A stretch of DNA of 40,000 nt, taken from Kangiella sp. GTDB lineage: Bacteria > Pseudomonadota > Gammaproteobacteria > Enterobacterales > Kangiellaceae. A program made the translations under genes and the position numbers. Below the pieces are notes generated by a model that was given only the letters and a program-made list of their open reading frames with translations, did no database searches and had not been told where the DNA came from. Positions 8,152-18,586 of the stretch are shown here, piece by piece; positions within the stretch are counted from its first letter, which is position 1, and each line of letters begins with the position of its first letter. The stretch is taken from positions 74,114 through 114,113 of the forward strand of contig JBLWVK010000004.1 of the NCBI GenBank assembly GCA_048268505.1, in the 5' to 3' direction.

Positions 8152-10977
8152 ATGGACAACATTGATATCCGCGGTGCCAAGACCCACAACCTGAAAAACA
8201 TTGACCTGGTTCTCCCACGCGACAAACTGATCGTGATTACCGGCCTGTCCGGTTCGGGTAAGTCCTCGCTAGCGTTCGACACACTGTACGCCGAAGGCCA
8301 GCGACGTTATGTGGAATCATTATCCGCCTACGCACGTCAGTTTCTGTCGCTCATGGAAAAGCCAGATGTGGAACATATAGAAGGCCTGTCGCCAGCGATC
8401 TCGATTGAACAGAAATCCACTTCGCATAACCCTCGTTCCACTGTGGGTACCATTACCGAGATTTACGACTACCTGCGCCTGCTGTTTGCCCGTGTCGGCA
8501 CACCGCATTGCCCCACTCACCATTTGCCGCTCGAAGCCCAGACTATCAGCCAGATGGTGGATCATGTGTTGGCTCAGCCGGAAGGCAGCAAACTGATGTT
8601 ATTAGCGCCGGTCATCAAGAACCGCAAAGGCGAGCATATTCAATTATTGCAGGAGCTACAGGCCAAAGGCTTCGTACGCGCACGCATCAATGGCGAGGTG
8701 TATGACCTGTCTGACGCTCCGACCATGGAGCTGCATAAAAAACACACCATTGAAGTCATTGTTGATCGCTTCAAGGTGAAGTCTGATTTACAGCAGCGTC
8801 TGGCCGAGTCCTTTGAGACAGCGCTAGAGCTATCCGACGGCATCGCCCGCGTCGCGCCGATGGATGCCGACAGTGATATCGAAGAAATGGTCTTCTCCGC
8901 CAAATATGCCTGCCCAACTTGTGGTCATTCAATCCCAGAACTAGAACCACGCATCTTCTCGTTCAATAATCCGGCTGGTGCCTGCCCGACCTGTGATGGC
9001 CTCGGCATCGATCAGTTCTTCGATCCGGAAAAAATCATTACCAACGAAGACATTTCATTGGCTGGTGGCGCCATTCGTGGCTGGGATCGCCGCAATGTAT
9101 ATTATTTCCACATGCTTCAATCATTGGCCAAGCACTACAAATTTGATGTTGAAGCGCCCTGGAGCAGCTTACCGAAAAAGATTCAGGATGTAGTGCTATA
9201 CGGCAGTGGCAAAACCCAGATCGATTTTGAATACAGCAATGACCGCGGTGATAAATACCAGCGCAAACATCGTTTCGAAGGCATTATTCCAAATATGCAG
9301 CGTCGCTATCATGAAACCGAATCCGGTGCAGTGCGCGAAGAGTTGCAAAAATATATGACCACACAGTCCTGTAGCTCTTGCGGTGGTACACGCCTCAACG
9401 AAGATTCGCGTAATGTGTTCATTGATGGCACTTCATTGCCGCAAGTCACTCACTGGTCAATTGAACAGGCACATGATTATTTCAGTACTCTAGACTTGCC
9501 GGGTAAACGCGGTGAGATTGCCTCAAAAGTCCTCAAAGAAATTGGCGAGCGGCTGAGCTTCCTGGTCAATGTTGGGCTTGATTATCTAACCCTTGAGCGA
9601 AGCGCGGACACACTTTCGGGCGGCGAAGCTCAGCGTATTCGTCTAGCCAGCCAAATTGGCGCGGGGCTGGTCGGCGTTATGTATATTCTGGATGAACCTT
9701 CGATTGGTTTGCATCAACGCGACAATGATCGCCTGCTACAAACTCTGACGCATCTACGTGATCTGGGTAACACTGTGATCGTGGTTGAGCATGATGAAGA
9801 TGCGATCCGCGCTGCTGACTTTATCGTCGATATTGGCCCGGGCGCAGGTGTGCATGGTGGTGAGATCGTTGCCAAAGGTACTTTGGCCGATATTAAAAAA
9901 GTCAAAGGGTCTCTAACAGCACAATATCTGACAGGCAAACTTAAAATTGAAGTGCCAGAAAAACGCACACCTGTTGATGCCAAGAAAACCATTAAGGTGC
10001 TTGGCGCCACAGGTAACAACCTTAACAATGTCGATCTGGAAATTCCGGTGGGACTGTTAACCTGCATCACAGGTGTTTCCGGTTCAGGGAAATCCACCCT
10101 GATAAATGACACCCTGTATCCGATTGTTGCGCGAGACATTAATCGCTCGAGCCTACAACCAAAGCCTTATAAAGAGATACAAGGTCTCGATAACATTGAT
10201 AAAGTTGTCGATATTGACCAAAGCCCCATTGGACGTACACCGCGCTCAAACCCGGCAACCTACACCGGTATTTTCACACCGATTCGTGAACTTTTTGCAG
10301 GCACTCAGGAGTCGCGCACTCGTGGTTATAAGCCTGGGCGTTTCAGTTTCAATGTAAAAGGCGGACGCTGCGAAGCCTGTCAGGGTGATGGCGTCATCAA
10401 GGTTGAAATGCACTTCCTGCCCGATGTCTATGTGGCCTGTGATGTGTGTAAAGGCAAACGCTATAACCGTGAAACGCTGGAGATTTTATACAAAGGAAAA
10501 AACATCAACGAAGTGCTTAACCTTACCGTTGAAGATGCCCGTGAATTTTTCGACGCCATCCCAGCGGTTGCCCGCAAATTACAAACATTAATTGACGTAG
10601 GCCTTTCCTACATCACGCTTGGGCAAGCGGCAACGACACTTTCAGGCGGTGAAGCACAGCGTGTGAAGCTATCACGCGAACTATCCAAGCGCGACACAGG
10701 ACAGACACTTTACATCCTGGATGAGCCAACCACTGGCCTACACTTCCACGACGTTAACCAACTGCTCAAAGTACTCCATCGCCTGCGCGATCATGGCAAC
10801 ACCGTAGTAGTGATTGAGCATAACCTCGACGTCATCAAAACCGCCGACTGGATCGTCGATCTTGGCCCAGAAGGTGGCAGCAAAGGTGGGCAGATTATCG
10901 CGACCGGAACACCAGAAGACGTAGCCAAAATCAAACAGTCTTACACCGGTAAATACCTGAAGCCGATGTTGAAGTGA
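8152..10977 (+). CDS. uvrA: excinuclease ABC subunit A
   Basis: 941 aa. Two ABC modules ([18 protein letters not shown]; LSGGEAQR twice) and zinc modules (CPTCGH...CPTCDG; CEACQGDG...CDVCKG). Confidence 0.98.
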   Translation: MDNIDIRGAKTHNLKNIDLVLPRDKLIVITGLSGSGKSSLAFDTLYAEGQRRYVESLSAYARQFLSLMEKPDVEHIEGLSPAISIEQKSTSHNPRSTVGTITEIYDYLRLLFARVGTPHCPTHHLPLEAQTISQMVDHVLAQPEGSKLMLLAPVIKNRKGEHIQLLQELQAKGFVRARINGEVYDLSDAPTMELHKKHTIEVIVDRFKVKSDLQQRLAESFETALELSDGIARVAPMDADSDIEEMVFSAKYACPTCGHSIPELEPRIFSFNNPAGACPTCDGLGIDQFFDPEKIITNEDISLAGGAIRGWDRRNVYYFHMLQSLAKHYKFDVEAPWSSLPKKIQDVVLYGSGKTQIDFEYSNDRGDKYQRKHRFEGIIPNMQRRYHETESGAVREELQKYMTTQSCSSCGGTRLNEDSRNVFIDGTSLPQVTHWSIEQAHDYFSTLDLPGKRGEIASKVLKEIGERLSFLVNVGLDYLTLERSADTLSGGEAQRIRLASQIGAGLVGVMYILDEPSIGLHQRDNDRLLQTLTHLRDLGNTVIVVEHDEDAIRAADFIVDIGPGAGVHGGEIVAKGTLADIKKVKGSLTAQYLTGKLKIEVPEKRTPVDAKKTIKVLGATGNNLNNVDLEIPVGLLTCITGVSGSGKSTLINDTLYPIVARDINRSSLQPKPYKEIQGLDNIDKVVDIDQSPIGRTPRSNPATYTGIFTPIRELFAGTQESRTRGYKPGRFSFNVKGGRCEACQGDGVIKVEMHFLPDVYVACDVCKGKRYNRETLEILYKGKNINEVLNLTVEDAREFFDAIPAVARKLQTLIDVGLSYITLGQAATTLSGGEAQRVKLSRELSKRDTGQTLYILDEPTTGLHFHDVNQLLKVLHRLRDHGNTVVVIEHNLDVIKTADWIVDLGPEGGSKGGQIIATGTPEDVAKIKQSYTGKYLKPMLK

Positions 10978-10992
10978 TTTCGAGTGAGTCAT

Positions 10993-11020
10993 AAAAAGCC
11001 CGCTAATCAGCGGGCTTTCT
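10993..11020. terminator. bidirectional terminator between uvrA and the nuclease gene
   Basis: AAAGCCCGC-taatca-GCGGGCTTT, flanked by an A-run and a T-rich run. Confidence 0.8.
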
Positions 11021-11034
11021 AGTATTCAAAACTA

Positions 11035-13665
11035 TTACTGAATACTGATGGTTAGAGTTGCATTTGAGTAGTCTTTAAATCCATACAAGCTGACATACCA
11101 TTCGCCTACTTGCGGATTTGTGATAGTGCATATCTCTTCGTTATTGTTATTGTAAGAGCGGCAGTCAAAGTTACTTCTATCCGGCAACGCGCTAAACATA
11201 ACATACAGGTCTGCATCACCAGAGCCACCCGTTAGTGTGACTTGTAATGAGTCAGTGTTAGCAGGAATTGCAACAGGAAAGTCTGTCCAGCTTCTGCGAG
11301 CACCTGAAAGGTTTTCATAAACAACTGTCTGGCCCGGTTGATTTTGTTGCGAATCTGCATCAATTTCTACCACGATGGGATCATGGTCGGATGCTCGATA
11401 AGCAGTTGGAGAATAAAAGTTACTGATTTGCTCAGGCGTTTTAAACTCTACATTGTAATCCAGCGCACGAGGTTCATCTGCATTAATGTGCCAGTCGGTT
11501 ACATCAACTATTTTATTCGCCAAGGAGGAACTAACCATCACATGATCGAGACTACCGGCCAAACCAGTGTAGACATATGAATAAGCTTCATTCCCTTTCA
11601 GTTGACGCGCGATATTGATGTAACCAGCCTGCTCCAGTTCATAAACTGGGTCTTCCATTGCGTAGGCATTTAAGTCACCCATGATCACTATATCATTATC
11701 GGCAACCCCGGTCGGGTTTGTCGCAAGCCACTGCGTCATGTATTCCGCAGCAGCTGTTCGACGAGCATTCCAACAACCCTGCCAATCATCCTGATCTTCA
11801 TCGAGGCTTCCATCTGTTGGACAACTGCCTTTAGACTTAAAATGATTTACAGAAACGGTTAGCTCTTCCCCACTGGCAAGATGACGGAAAGTCTGAACTA
11901 GTGGCTGTCTATTTTTAGCATCAAATGGGTATTCGTTCGTTGTCACGGCCTGACCTGCTTCTTCAACGGTTTCATTTCTATAAATCAGACCTACTGTAAT
12001 TTCATCAGTACCAATCTGATTCAAACCTGGGTTTACAAAACTGTATGTCACTCCAGCCCCTGAATTGGCATTCAAGCTGTTTACAAGATCCTGAATCGCA
12101 CTGTCTGCACCGAAACCATCATTTTCCATTTCCATGATTCCAATAATGTCAGCATTCATGGCTAAAATGGCATTGATAATCTTGTCGCGTTGACGGTTAA
12201 ATTCATCAAGGCTGTCAGCGCCACGCGATGTAGGAAAGCCACTACCTTGCCCATCGCCATTGAAATAATTAAGCACATTAAAACTGGCTAAACGCAAATC
12301 ACCCAGAGCGGATAATTGTGGTTCCAGTGTTCGCTGGTTGGTGTGGGTGAATAGTGGAGCTTGTGTTGGTTGTATGCGATAGGCTGTAAAAGCTTCATCC
12401 AGAATTCCTACCAAACTGTTAACCTTATCGCCGGAACGAACCGTGTTGTCAGCTGACAAGCCACCTGTCGGATAAACTACCTGCGCAGGATTTTGCCCTG
12501 TCTGCCCATCATCCATAATGATTTTATTTAAGCCATTATCTATTCCAACTTGTTGTGCCTGCATTCCTGGACGATAAAGCTGCGTTGGTTGAAACAGACG
12601 CTCTGTTCCTGATAAAACCAATTCACCGTATCTCGCCAGATTATAATTTTCAGTAACGATTAGTTCATGATTAAAGCTTACGAGCATCCCTTCATAGGAT
12701 TCCCAATCACTATTATTGACAACCGGCAGGCTCACAATTTGAGGTTGAACGTTGATACCTGAATCGCAAACCAATAAATCAGTAATATTTGTCAGCTGCG
12801 TTTTACCGCCAAACTCCTGTACCGTTCCAGCCACACGGACTTTATCTCCCACTGCTAGCGGTACTTCAAAGCCACCTTCATAGACGAATAGCCCTTCCGA
12901 AGTTTTGCTATCCAGATCATAGTCTGTGCTTTCTTCCTGTATAAAGAAACCGTTTAATTGCTCAGAGCTCTGGAAATCTCCCACGACAATGGCTTCTACC
13001 ACTACCTGACTGTTCTGCATGTTGCTTTGGTTTCCATTACCCTGAATGGTATGAATAAAAGTAGCACTGTCGTTACAGGCACCCAGCTCAATACCACCTG
13101 GCTGTGAACCTCCATCCGAAAACAGACCCACATCAGAAAAATCATCAATCGAAGAGCCAGTCCAGTTAGATGCAGGATCAAAACTATCCCAAGCATTTGC
13201 ATCAGCCGTTGAGCCGTTACGACGTAAAGACATGTCTTGCGTTTTAAGAGAACTGGTTCCCCAGTAACTACCTGGATCAACTCCGATCTGTCCTAGCGAA
13301 TCCACCACAGTTCCTGACATCTCTACAGTGATCGCATCATCTCCATTAAACCAGCTACCGCCATTTAATAATTGAGCCAAGTTAGCCAGCGCAGGATCTG
13401 AACTGCTATGCGCTACCACATAAGTTTCTCCAGCCATTAGCGAGCCTGACAGAGATATCGTCTTACCTGGTGCAGTATTACCATTGAAGTAGAACTTCAA
13501 CTCATAAGCACTCAAGTCAATATTTTGAGAGCCTGAGTTATACAGCTCAATCGCTTTGTTATAACTGCTGCCTTCAACATATTCTGAAATTATCAGTTCC
13601 GCATGACTGGCTGCCGATAAACTGGCGCCGATTAATAACGCTAATATGGTGTTGTGTCGTTTCAT
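11035..13665 (-). CDS. secreted ExeM/NucH-type extracellular nuclease (LTD + endonuclease/exonuclease/phosphatase domain + C-terminal PPC domain)
   Basis: Signal peptide MKRHNTILALLIGASLSAASHA. The lamin-tail-like start is ELIISEYVEGSSYNKAIELYNSG...DLSAYELKFYFNG. The EEP region includes LRLASFNVLNYF...GDLN...SDHDP. The C-terminus is a pre-peptidase-like domain (GDADLYV...GEWYVSLYGF). Confidence 0.8.
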   Translation of the reverse strand: MKRHNTILALLIGASLSAASHAELIISEYVEGSSYNKAIELYNSGSQNIDLSAYELKFYFNGNTAPGKTISLSGSLMAGETYVVAHSSSDPALANLAQLLNGGSWFNGDDAITVEMSGTVVDSLGQIGVDPGSYWGTSSLKTQDMSLRRNGSTADANAWDSFDPASNWTGSSIDDFSDVGLFSDGGSQPGGIELGACNDSATFIHTIQGNGNQSNMQNSQVVVEAIVVGDFQSSEQLNGFFIQEESTDYDLDSKTSEGLFVYEGGFEVPLAVGDKVRVAGTVQEFGGKTQLTNITDLLVCDSGINVQPQIVSLPVVNNSDWESYEGMLVSFNHELIVTENYNLARYGELVLSGTERLFQPTQLYRPGMQAQQVGIDNGLNKIIMDDGQTGQNPAQVVYPTGGLSADNTVRSGDKVNSLVGILDEAFTAYRIQPTQAPLFTHTNQRTLEPQLSALGDLRLASFNVLNYFNGDGQGSGFPTSRGADSLDEFNRQRDKIINAILAMNADIIGIMEMENDGFGADSAIQDLVNSLNANSGAGVTYSFVNPGLNQIGTDEITVGLIYRNETVEEAGQAVTTNEYPFDAKNRQPLVQTFRHLASGEELTVSVNHFKSKGSCPTDGSLDEDQDDWQGCWNARRTAAAEYMTQWLATNPTGVADNDIVIMGDLNAYAMEDPVYELEQAGYINIARQLKGNEAYSYVYTGLAGSLDHVMVSSSLANKIVDVTDWHINADEPRALDYNVEFKTPEQISNFYSPTAYRASDHDPIVVEIDADSQQNQPGQTVVYENLSGARRSWTDFPVAIPANTDSLQVTLTGGSGDADLYVMFSALPDRSNFDCRSYNNNNEEICTITNPQVGEWYVSLYGFKDYSNATLTISIQ

Positions 13666-13719
13666 TGTTTACCCCTTTTGTTAGGTGTTATTGAAAAGAC
13701 ACAACATTACAAAGCAGTT

Positions 13720-13770
13720 ATGACAACCAATTGACTAATTCATGACTGTATCGCGACAGAATGATGACTA
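13720..13770 (-). promoter_or_regulatory. array of five phased PhoB half-sites upstream of the nuclease gene
   Basis: The minus strand reads TAGTCAT cat-t CTGTCGC gata CAGTCAT gaat TAGTCAA ttgg TTGTCAT. The GTCA/GTCG cores are spaced exactly 11 bp apart, four times in a row. TAATGT follows 10 bp after the proximal repeat as the -10, and SD AAGGGG precedes the ATG at 13665. Confidence 0.7.
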
Positions 13771-13794
13771 TTACCAGGAATTAGAGCTTGTGCA

Positions 13795-13820
13795 CAAAAA
13801 AGCCCGCACAAAGCGGGCCT
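13795..13820 (-). terminator. rho-independent terminator after the TerC-family gene
   Basis: The minus strand reads GCCCGC-tttgt-GCGGGC followed by T7. Confidence 0.8.
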
Positions 13821-13840
13821 ATACATGAATGAAGGTTGAT

Positions 13841-14659
13841 TTACAGTATCTCTTCCTGCGCTTCCTGTTCTAATTTGGCACGAGCGGCAGCTTCTTTTTT
13901 CCGCATTAAATTCTTTTGATATTTGGACTGCACAATATCGCTCAGAACCATTACCGCAATAACGAAATAGAAGGTTGCTTTGTTCATCGGTTCAATTGGA
14001 TAACCGAACAACAATAAGTGTGATTTATGGCCACCATCTGCCAGCAACATGATGCCGACCACCAATAGTATGAATAATCCCAACACTTCAAACATACGAT
14101 TCTTTTGCAAAAAGCTTGAAACCGTATCGGCTAACCAGATCATCAGAACACCACTAAAGACAATCGCAATGGCCATGACCCAGAAGTTATCGGTTAATGC
14201 CATGGCGCTTAAAATTGAATCGAACGAAAAGACCAGGTTCATTAACACAATGAGAGCGATTACTTTTGCTGCTGACTGAGGTTTGCGCTCGTGGGCTTCT
14301 CCTATTTCCAACGCCATCATGTGCCAAATTTCTTTGACCGCGGTATACATGATAAAAACACCACCGAACAAGATAATAATACTTTCAAAAGTGAAAGTGG
14401 CTTCGATAACGCCGGTCCAGGGAATCGTAAACATTTCGCCCTGTACATATTTGATGAGTTCAATAAGGACAAACAGTAAAACGATTCTGAGAACAACTGC
14501 CAGTCCAATTCCTAAACGACGAACCTGTTTTTGCTTTTCAAGTGGTGCTCGTTTCGACTCAAGCGAGATATATAGCAAATTGTCAAAACCGAGAACCGCC
14601 TGTAACACAATCAGCATTCCAAGCGTGAGTAAATTTTCTATTGTAAATAAGTCCATCAT
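13841..14659 (-). CDS. TerC family integral membrane protein
   Basis: 272 aa, multi-TM. The N-terminal LIVLQAVLGFDNLLYISLE motif with repeated DN/D-S patterns is typical of TerC/Alx/YjbE-type proteins. The tail is charged. Confidence 0.75.
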   Translation of the reverse strand: MMDLFTIENLLTLGMLIVLQAVLGFDNLLYISLESKRAPLEKQKQVRRLGIGLAVVLRIVLLFVLIELIKYVQGEMFTIPWTGVIEATFTFESIIILFGGVFIMYTAVKEIWHMMALEIGEAHERKPQSAAKVIALIVLMNLVFSFDSILSAMALTDNFWVMAIAIVFSGVLMIWLADTVSSFLQKNRMFEVLGLFILLVVGIMLLADGGHKSHLLLFGYPIEPMNKATFYFVIAVMVLSDIVQSKYQKNLMRKKEAAARAKLEQEAQEEIL

Positions 14660-14696
14660 TGTGCTCTCTTAGTAATTTTATAAAATGTTTTCCAAG

Positions 14697-15113
14697 TCAT
14701 AAGATCAAAGCATTATTTGTTAGTAATCTAATCCCATAAAATAACACTACCAGATTGATACTAATATTGAATGCTACAGAATTTTTTGCTTCCTTATACT
14801 TATAACAAACTGTTGCCCATACAATCGATATAAAAGCAATAACGCAAATACTCACCAGAAAGTAAAATATTACTTTATCCTCATAAATAACACCTTGAGG
14901 TAATGCTCCTACTCCCCACTCTTTCACGGGCTCATCATCTGTAATCTTAAATAGATTTAAAAATTTGTTATAAATTAGACTTAGAAACGCAAATTGATTT
15001 CCATGATTCCAATAAGCATAATAAGCTGTAAGTAACATTCCTGACAAAACCAAAGGAAGACCTATTAAAACTCTTTTTAGCCATTGTGCTTTTTTCTTAT
15101 CATTATTCGTCAA
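14697..15113 (-). CDS. hypothetical small membrane protein (3 predicted TM helices) in an AT-rich islet
   Basis: 138-aa ORF with a TTG start. A strong SD precedes it (minus strand AAGGAG-ttaag-TTG), 9 nt after the upstream gene's stop. My hand count gives ~30% G+C (127/420). No family recognised. Confidence 0.5.
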   Translation of the reverse strand: MTNNDKKKAQWLKRVLIGLPLVLSGMLLTAYYAYWNHGNQFAFLSLIYNKFLNLFKITDDEPVKEWGVGALPQGVIYEDKVIFYFLVSICVIAFISIVWATVCYKYKEAKNSVAFNISINLVVLFYGIRLLTNNALIL

Positions 15114-15122
15114 CTTAACTCC

Positions 15123-16835
15123 TTAATTCATCGACTTTGCCTTAACAATTTGATCATTCTGCTCAAGTGACATCACAATGTCCATCCCCTCGACCACTTC
15201 ACCAAACACGGTGTAATTACTATCAAGGTGCAAGTTAGGTGCAAGATTAAAAAAGAACTGTGCACCACCCGTGTCTTTACCGGCGGTTGCCATACCAATG
15301 GTTCCTTTGCGGTGCGAGCGCTGATTCAGCTCTTCACGAATACTGTAACCGACGCTTCCAGAACCATCGCCCAGTTGACTACCACCCTGCGCGACAAAGT
15401 TCGGAATCACCCGATGAAAATAAGTGTTTTCATAAAAACCACTTTCTACTAAGCGCATAAAATTTGCCGAAGTATAAGGCGTGTCTTCAAACAGTCGAAT
15501 GACAATATCACCTTTAGTGGTGGTCAGCTTAATTTTAGCAGACCCTTTTTCCAACAAGGCAGGTAATTCTGTGGGCGTTGCCATCGGTTCGGTTTTCGGC
15601 TCCTGATAGGTTTTCAAGGCACGCTGGGCACCAATACGAATAATGTCTTTGTCGCTTTCTGCCAATTGCTTCAAAACAGGTGGGATATTCAGTTCGACAA
15701 AGTACTGAATGACTGCGCGCTGATGATTCGGGTCATTAGATTCCAACCAGGCTTTGACCAGTTTTTGTACTTCAGGTTGTGCCTTGTCATTGGTCGCCAG
15801 GAAAGCTTCCGACTGCACCCAAGTATTCTCACTGTCTCGGAGAGCTTTAAGAGTTTGTGGTGTCATCCAGCGTCTACCTGACTGCAATACTGTCACCTGT
15901 AAGGCGGGATTCTCTACCAAGGCTAAATCATTTAGCAGTTGGATATGTTCGGTGCTGGTTAATGTTCTAATTCCTAAAGCTTGTGCAGCGGCGAGCTGAA
16001 TCGCTTCATCGTTGCTTTTAACCTTTTCCCACAACATTGGCGTTATATCCTTATGGCCCAGGCGGGACAAAGCACGAATAATAAAGGCCTGCGTCGCGCT
16101 ATCCAATGACTCACTCTTATCGCGCACTATGCTTATCACATCCGGAACATGGGGATCTATTAGCAATGGCACTCTCGCCAACAAAAAGCTGGCCTTTAAG
16201 GCTGTATCTTGGTCACGCAATCGATCGATGACTCGTGCCACTTCGATTTGCGTATCGCCAGTTAACAAATGACGATGGAATACTGACAAGATTCCCAGAC
16301 CCTGCATGGCAGCATTGGCAACTTGAACATCTTCAGTCTGCTCAATCAGACGTGCCAAGGTGGACACTGAGTTTTCACCACCTAAATTACCAATCGCTAA
16401 CGCCATGGCGGCGCGAACCTTGCTGTTCTTTTCCTGCTGCAGTCGCTCGATTAAGTTGGCAGTTGCAGGCTTATGCAAACTGATGCCTAAAGCAAAGGCT
16501 GCTGTTTCGCGTACCTTGGCATTAGAATGAGTCAGCAATGGCGCAATCAGGTCGCTTGCCTGCTGTCCACCGATCCGCCCGAGACTAATCAGCGCTACTT
16601 CCACTGTTTCAAGATTGTCGCAGGCCAGTGCCTTGCTGAATGCTGGCTCATTAATTTGGCGCATATCAGCCAGTCGATACAGTACCGACGATTCGACACA
16701 GGGCGGTGCTTTAGGAGTTAAAGCGCTACAACTGGCCAGAAACACGGTGAAAAAGGCGAGTGTTAGCGGTTTTGCAGGCTTGCTACGGTGGCTTAGTCTG
16801 GTGAGGCAATGTAAAATGCGCATAACTTTGATCAA
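15123..16835 (-). CDS. lipoprotein fusing HEAT-like repeats to a cyclophilin-type peptidyl-prolyl isomerase
   Basis: Lipobox ...FFTVFLASC. A ~400-aa alpha-helical repeat region contains (V/A)R..AA.ALG repeats. The C-terminal cyclophilin region reads GDIVIRLFEDTPYTSANFMRLV...YFHRVIPNFVAQGG...GTIGMATAGKDTGGAQFFFNL...YTVFGEVVEGMDIV. The exact start is uncertain. Confidence 0.75.
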   Translation of the reverse strand: MIKVMRILHCLTRLSHRSKPAKPLTLAFFTVFLASCSALTPKAPPCVESSVLYRLADMRQINEPAFSKALACDNLETVEVALISLGRIGGQQASDLIAPLLTHSNAKVRETAAFALGISLHKPATANLIERLQQEKNSKVRAAMALAIGNLGGENSVSTLARLIEQTEDVQVANAAMQGLGILSVFHRHLLTGDTQIEVARVIDRLRDQDTALKASFLLARVPLLIDPHVPDVISIVRDKSESLDSATQAFIIRALSRLGHKDITPMLWEKVKSNDEAIQLAAAQALGIRTLTSTEHIQLLNDLALVENPALQVTVLQSGRRWMTPQTLKALRDSENTWVQSEAFLATNDKAQPEVQKLVKAWLESNDPNHQRAVIQYFVELNIPPVLKQLAESDKDIIRIGAQRALKTYQEPKTEPMATPTELPALLEKGSAKIKLTTTKGDIVIRLFEDTPYTSANFMRLVESGFYENTYFHRVIPNFVAQGGSQLGDGSGSVGYSIREELNQRSHRKGTIGMATAGKDTGGAQFFFNLAPNLHLDSNYTVFGEVVEGMDIVMSLEQNDQIVKAKSMN

Positions 16836-16850
16836 CCCTGTTGTATTTTA

Positions 16851-18518
16851 ATGGCTCAATATATTTATACGATGAATCGTGTGGGCAAAATTGTCCCACC
16901 GAATAAAACTATTCTGAAAGATATTTCCCTTTCATTCTTCCCCGGTGCCAAAATTGGTGTGTTAGGTCTTAATGGCGCGGGTAAATCGACTTTATTACGA
17001 ATCATGGCTGGTGTCGACACCGATATCGAAGGTGAAGCGCGCCCTCAGCCTGGCATCAAAATAGGTTACCTGCCACAGGAACCGCAACTTGATGACAGCA
17101 AAACCGTTCGCGAAGTAGTTGAAGAGGCAGTATCTCATGTCAAAGAAGCTTTGGCTGAGCTTGATCAGGTTTACGCAGCCTATGCCGATGCGGATGCCGA
17201 CTTTGATGCACTGGCTAAACGCCAGGGTGAACTGGAAGCGATTATTCAGGCAGCCGACGGCCATAATCTTGAGAATGCCCTGGAGCGTGCCGCAGAAGCG
17301 CTACGCCTACCGCCATGGGATGCGGAAGTAAAGAATCTGTCTGGTGGTGAGCGCCGCCGTGTTGCCATCTGCCGTTTATTGCTAGAACATCCAGACATGT
17401 TATTGCTGGATGAGCCGACCAACCACCTGGATGCTGAATCGGTGGCATGGCTTGAGCGCTTCCTGGTTGATTACAAGGGCACCGTTGTGGCCATTACCCA
17501 CGACCGTTACTTCCTCGACAATGCAGCCGGCTGGATTCTTGAGCTGGATCGCGGTTACGGTATTCCATGGGAAGGCAACTACTCTTCATGGCTGGAGCAA
17601 AAAGCAGCGCGTCTTGAAATTGAAGAAAAGCAGGAACAGGCTCGCCAGAAAACCATGAAGGAAGAGCTGGAGTGGGTTCGCTCCAATGCCAAAGGCCGTC
17701 AGGCAAAGTCAAAAGCCCGTATGGCGCGCTTTGAAGAGCTATCCAGTAAAGAATATCAGCAGCGTAATGAAACCAAAGAATTATATATTCCACCGGGCCC
17801 ACGCCTAGGTACTCAGGTAATTACCGCTAAAGGCCTGACTAAAGCCTTTGGCGATAAATTGCTTTATAACGACCTCAACTTCAACTTGCCGCAAGGTGGC
17901 ATTGTTGGCGTGATCGGTCCAAACGGCGCTGGTAAATCGACCATGTTCAAGTTAATTACTGGTCAGGAAAAACCCGATTCCGGTGAGCTGGTTGTAGGTG
18001 AAACCGTTGAATTGTCCTATGTTGATCAAAGTCGTGACTCATTAGACGATAGCAAAACCGTATGGGAAGAAATCTCAGACGGCCTTGATTTAATTACAGT
18101 TGGTAACTACACCACTCCATCACGCGCCTATGTTGGTCGCTTCAACTTTAAAGGCACTGACCAACAAAAACGTATCGGCCAGCTATCAGGTGGTGAGCGT
18201 AACCGTGTTCACCTGGCCAAGCTACTGAAAAGCGGCGGCAACGTGTTGCTACTGGATGAGCCAACCAACGACCTCGATGTTGAAACCTTACGTGCACTGG
18301 AAGATGCTCTATTAGCATTCCCCGGTTGTGCGGTAGTCATCTCGCACGACCGCTGGTTCCTTGACCGTGTTGCCACACATATTCTTGCCTTTGAGGGTGA
18401 TAGTGAAACGGTATGGTTTGAAGGTAACTATCAAGAATACGAAGCGGATCGCAAACGCCGCCTTGGCGCTGAAGCCGATCAACCGCATCGTATTAAATAT
18501 CGTAAGATCTCAAAATAG
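16851..18518 (+). CDS. ettA: energy-dependent translational throttle protein EttA (ABC-F)
   Basis: 555 aa starting MAQYIYTMNRVGKIVPP. Two NBDs (GLNGAGKST, GPNGAGKST; LSGGERRR, LSGGERNR). Confidence 0.95.
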   Translation: MAQYIYTMNRVGKIVPPNKTILKDISLSFFPGAKIGVLGLNGAGKSTLLRIMAGVDTDIEGEARPQPGIKIGYLPQEPQLDDSKTVREVVEEAVSHVKEALAELDQVYAAYADADADFDALAKRQGELEAIIQAADGHNLENALERAAEALRLPPWDAEVKNLSGGERRRVAICRLLLEHPDMLLLDEPTNHLDAESVAWLERFLVDYKGTVVAITHDRYFLDNAAGWILELDRGYGIPWEGNYSSWLEQKAARLEIEEKQEQARQKTMKEELEWVRSNAKGRQAKSKARMARFEELSSKEYQQRNETKELYIPPGPRLGTQVITAKGLTKAFGDKLLYNDLNFNLPQGGIVGVIGPNGAGKSTMFKLITGQEKPDSGELVVGETVELSYVDQSRDSLDDSKTVWEEISDGLDLITVGNYTTPSRAYVGRFNFKGTDQQKRIGQLSGGERNRVHLAKLLKSGGNVLLLDEPTNDLDVETLRALEDALLAFPGCAVVISHDRWFLDRVATHILAFEGDSETVWFEGNYQEYEADRKRRLGAEADQPHRIKYRKISK

Positions 18519-18586
18519 TGCCAAGCTTATTAATTTAACAAGAACTTCCAACAAATAAAGAAGTTACAGGTAAGTGCTCTTTACTA

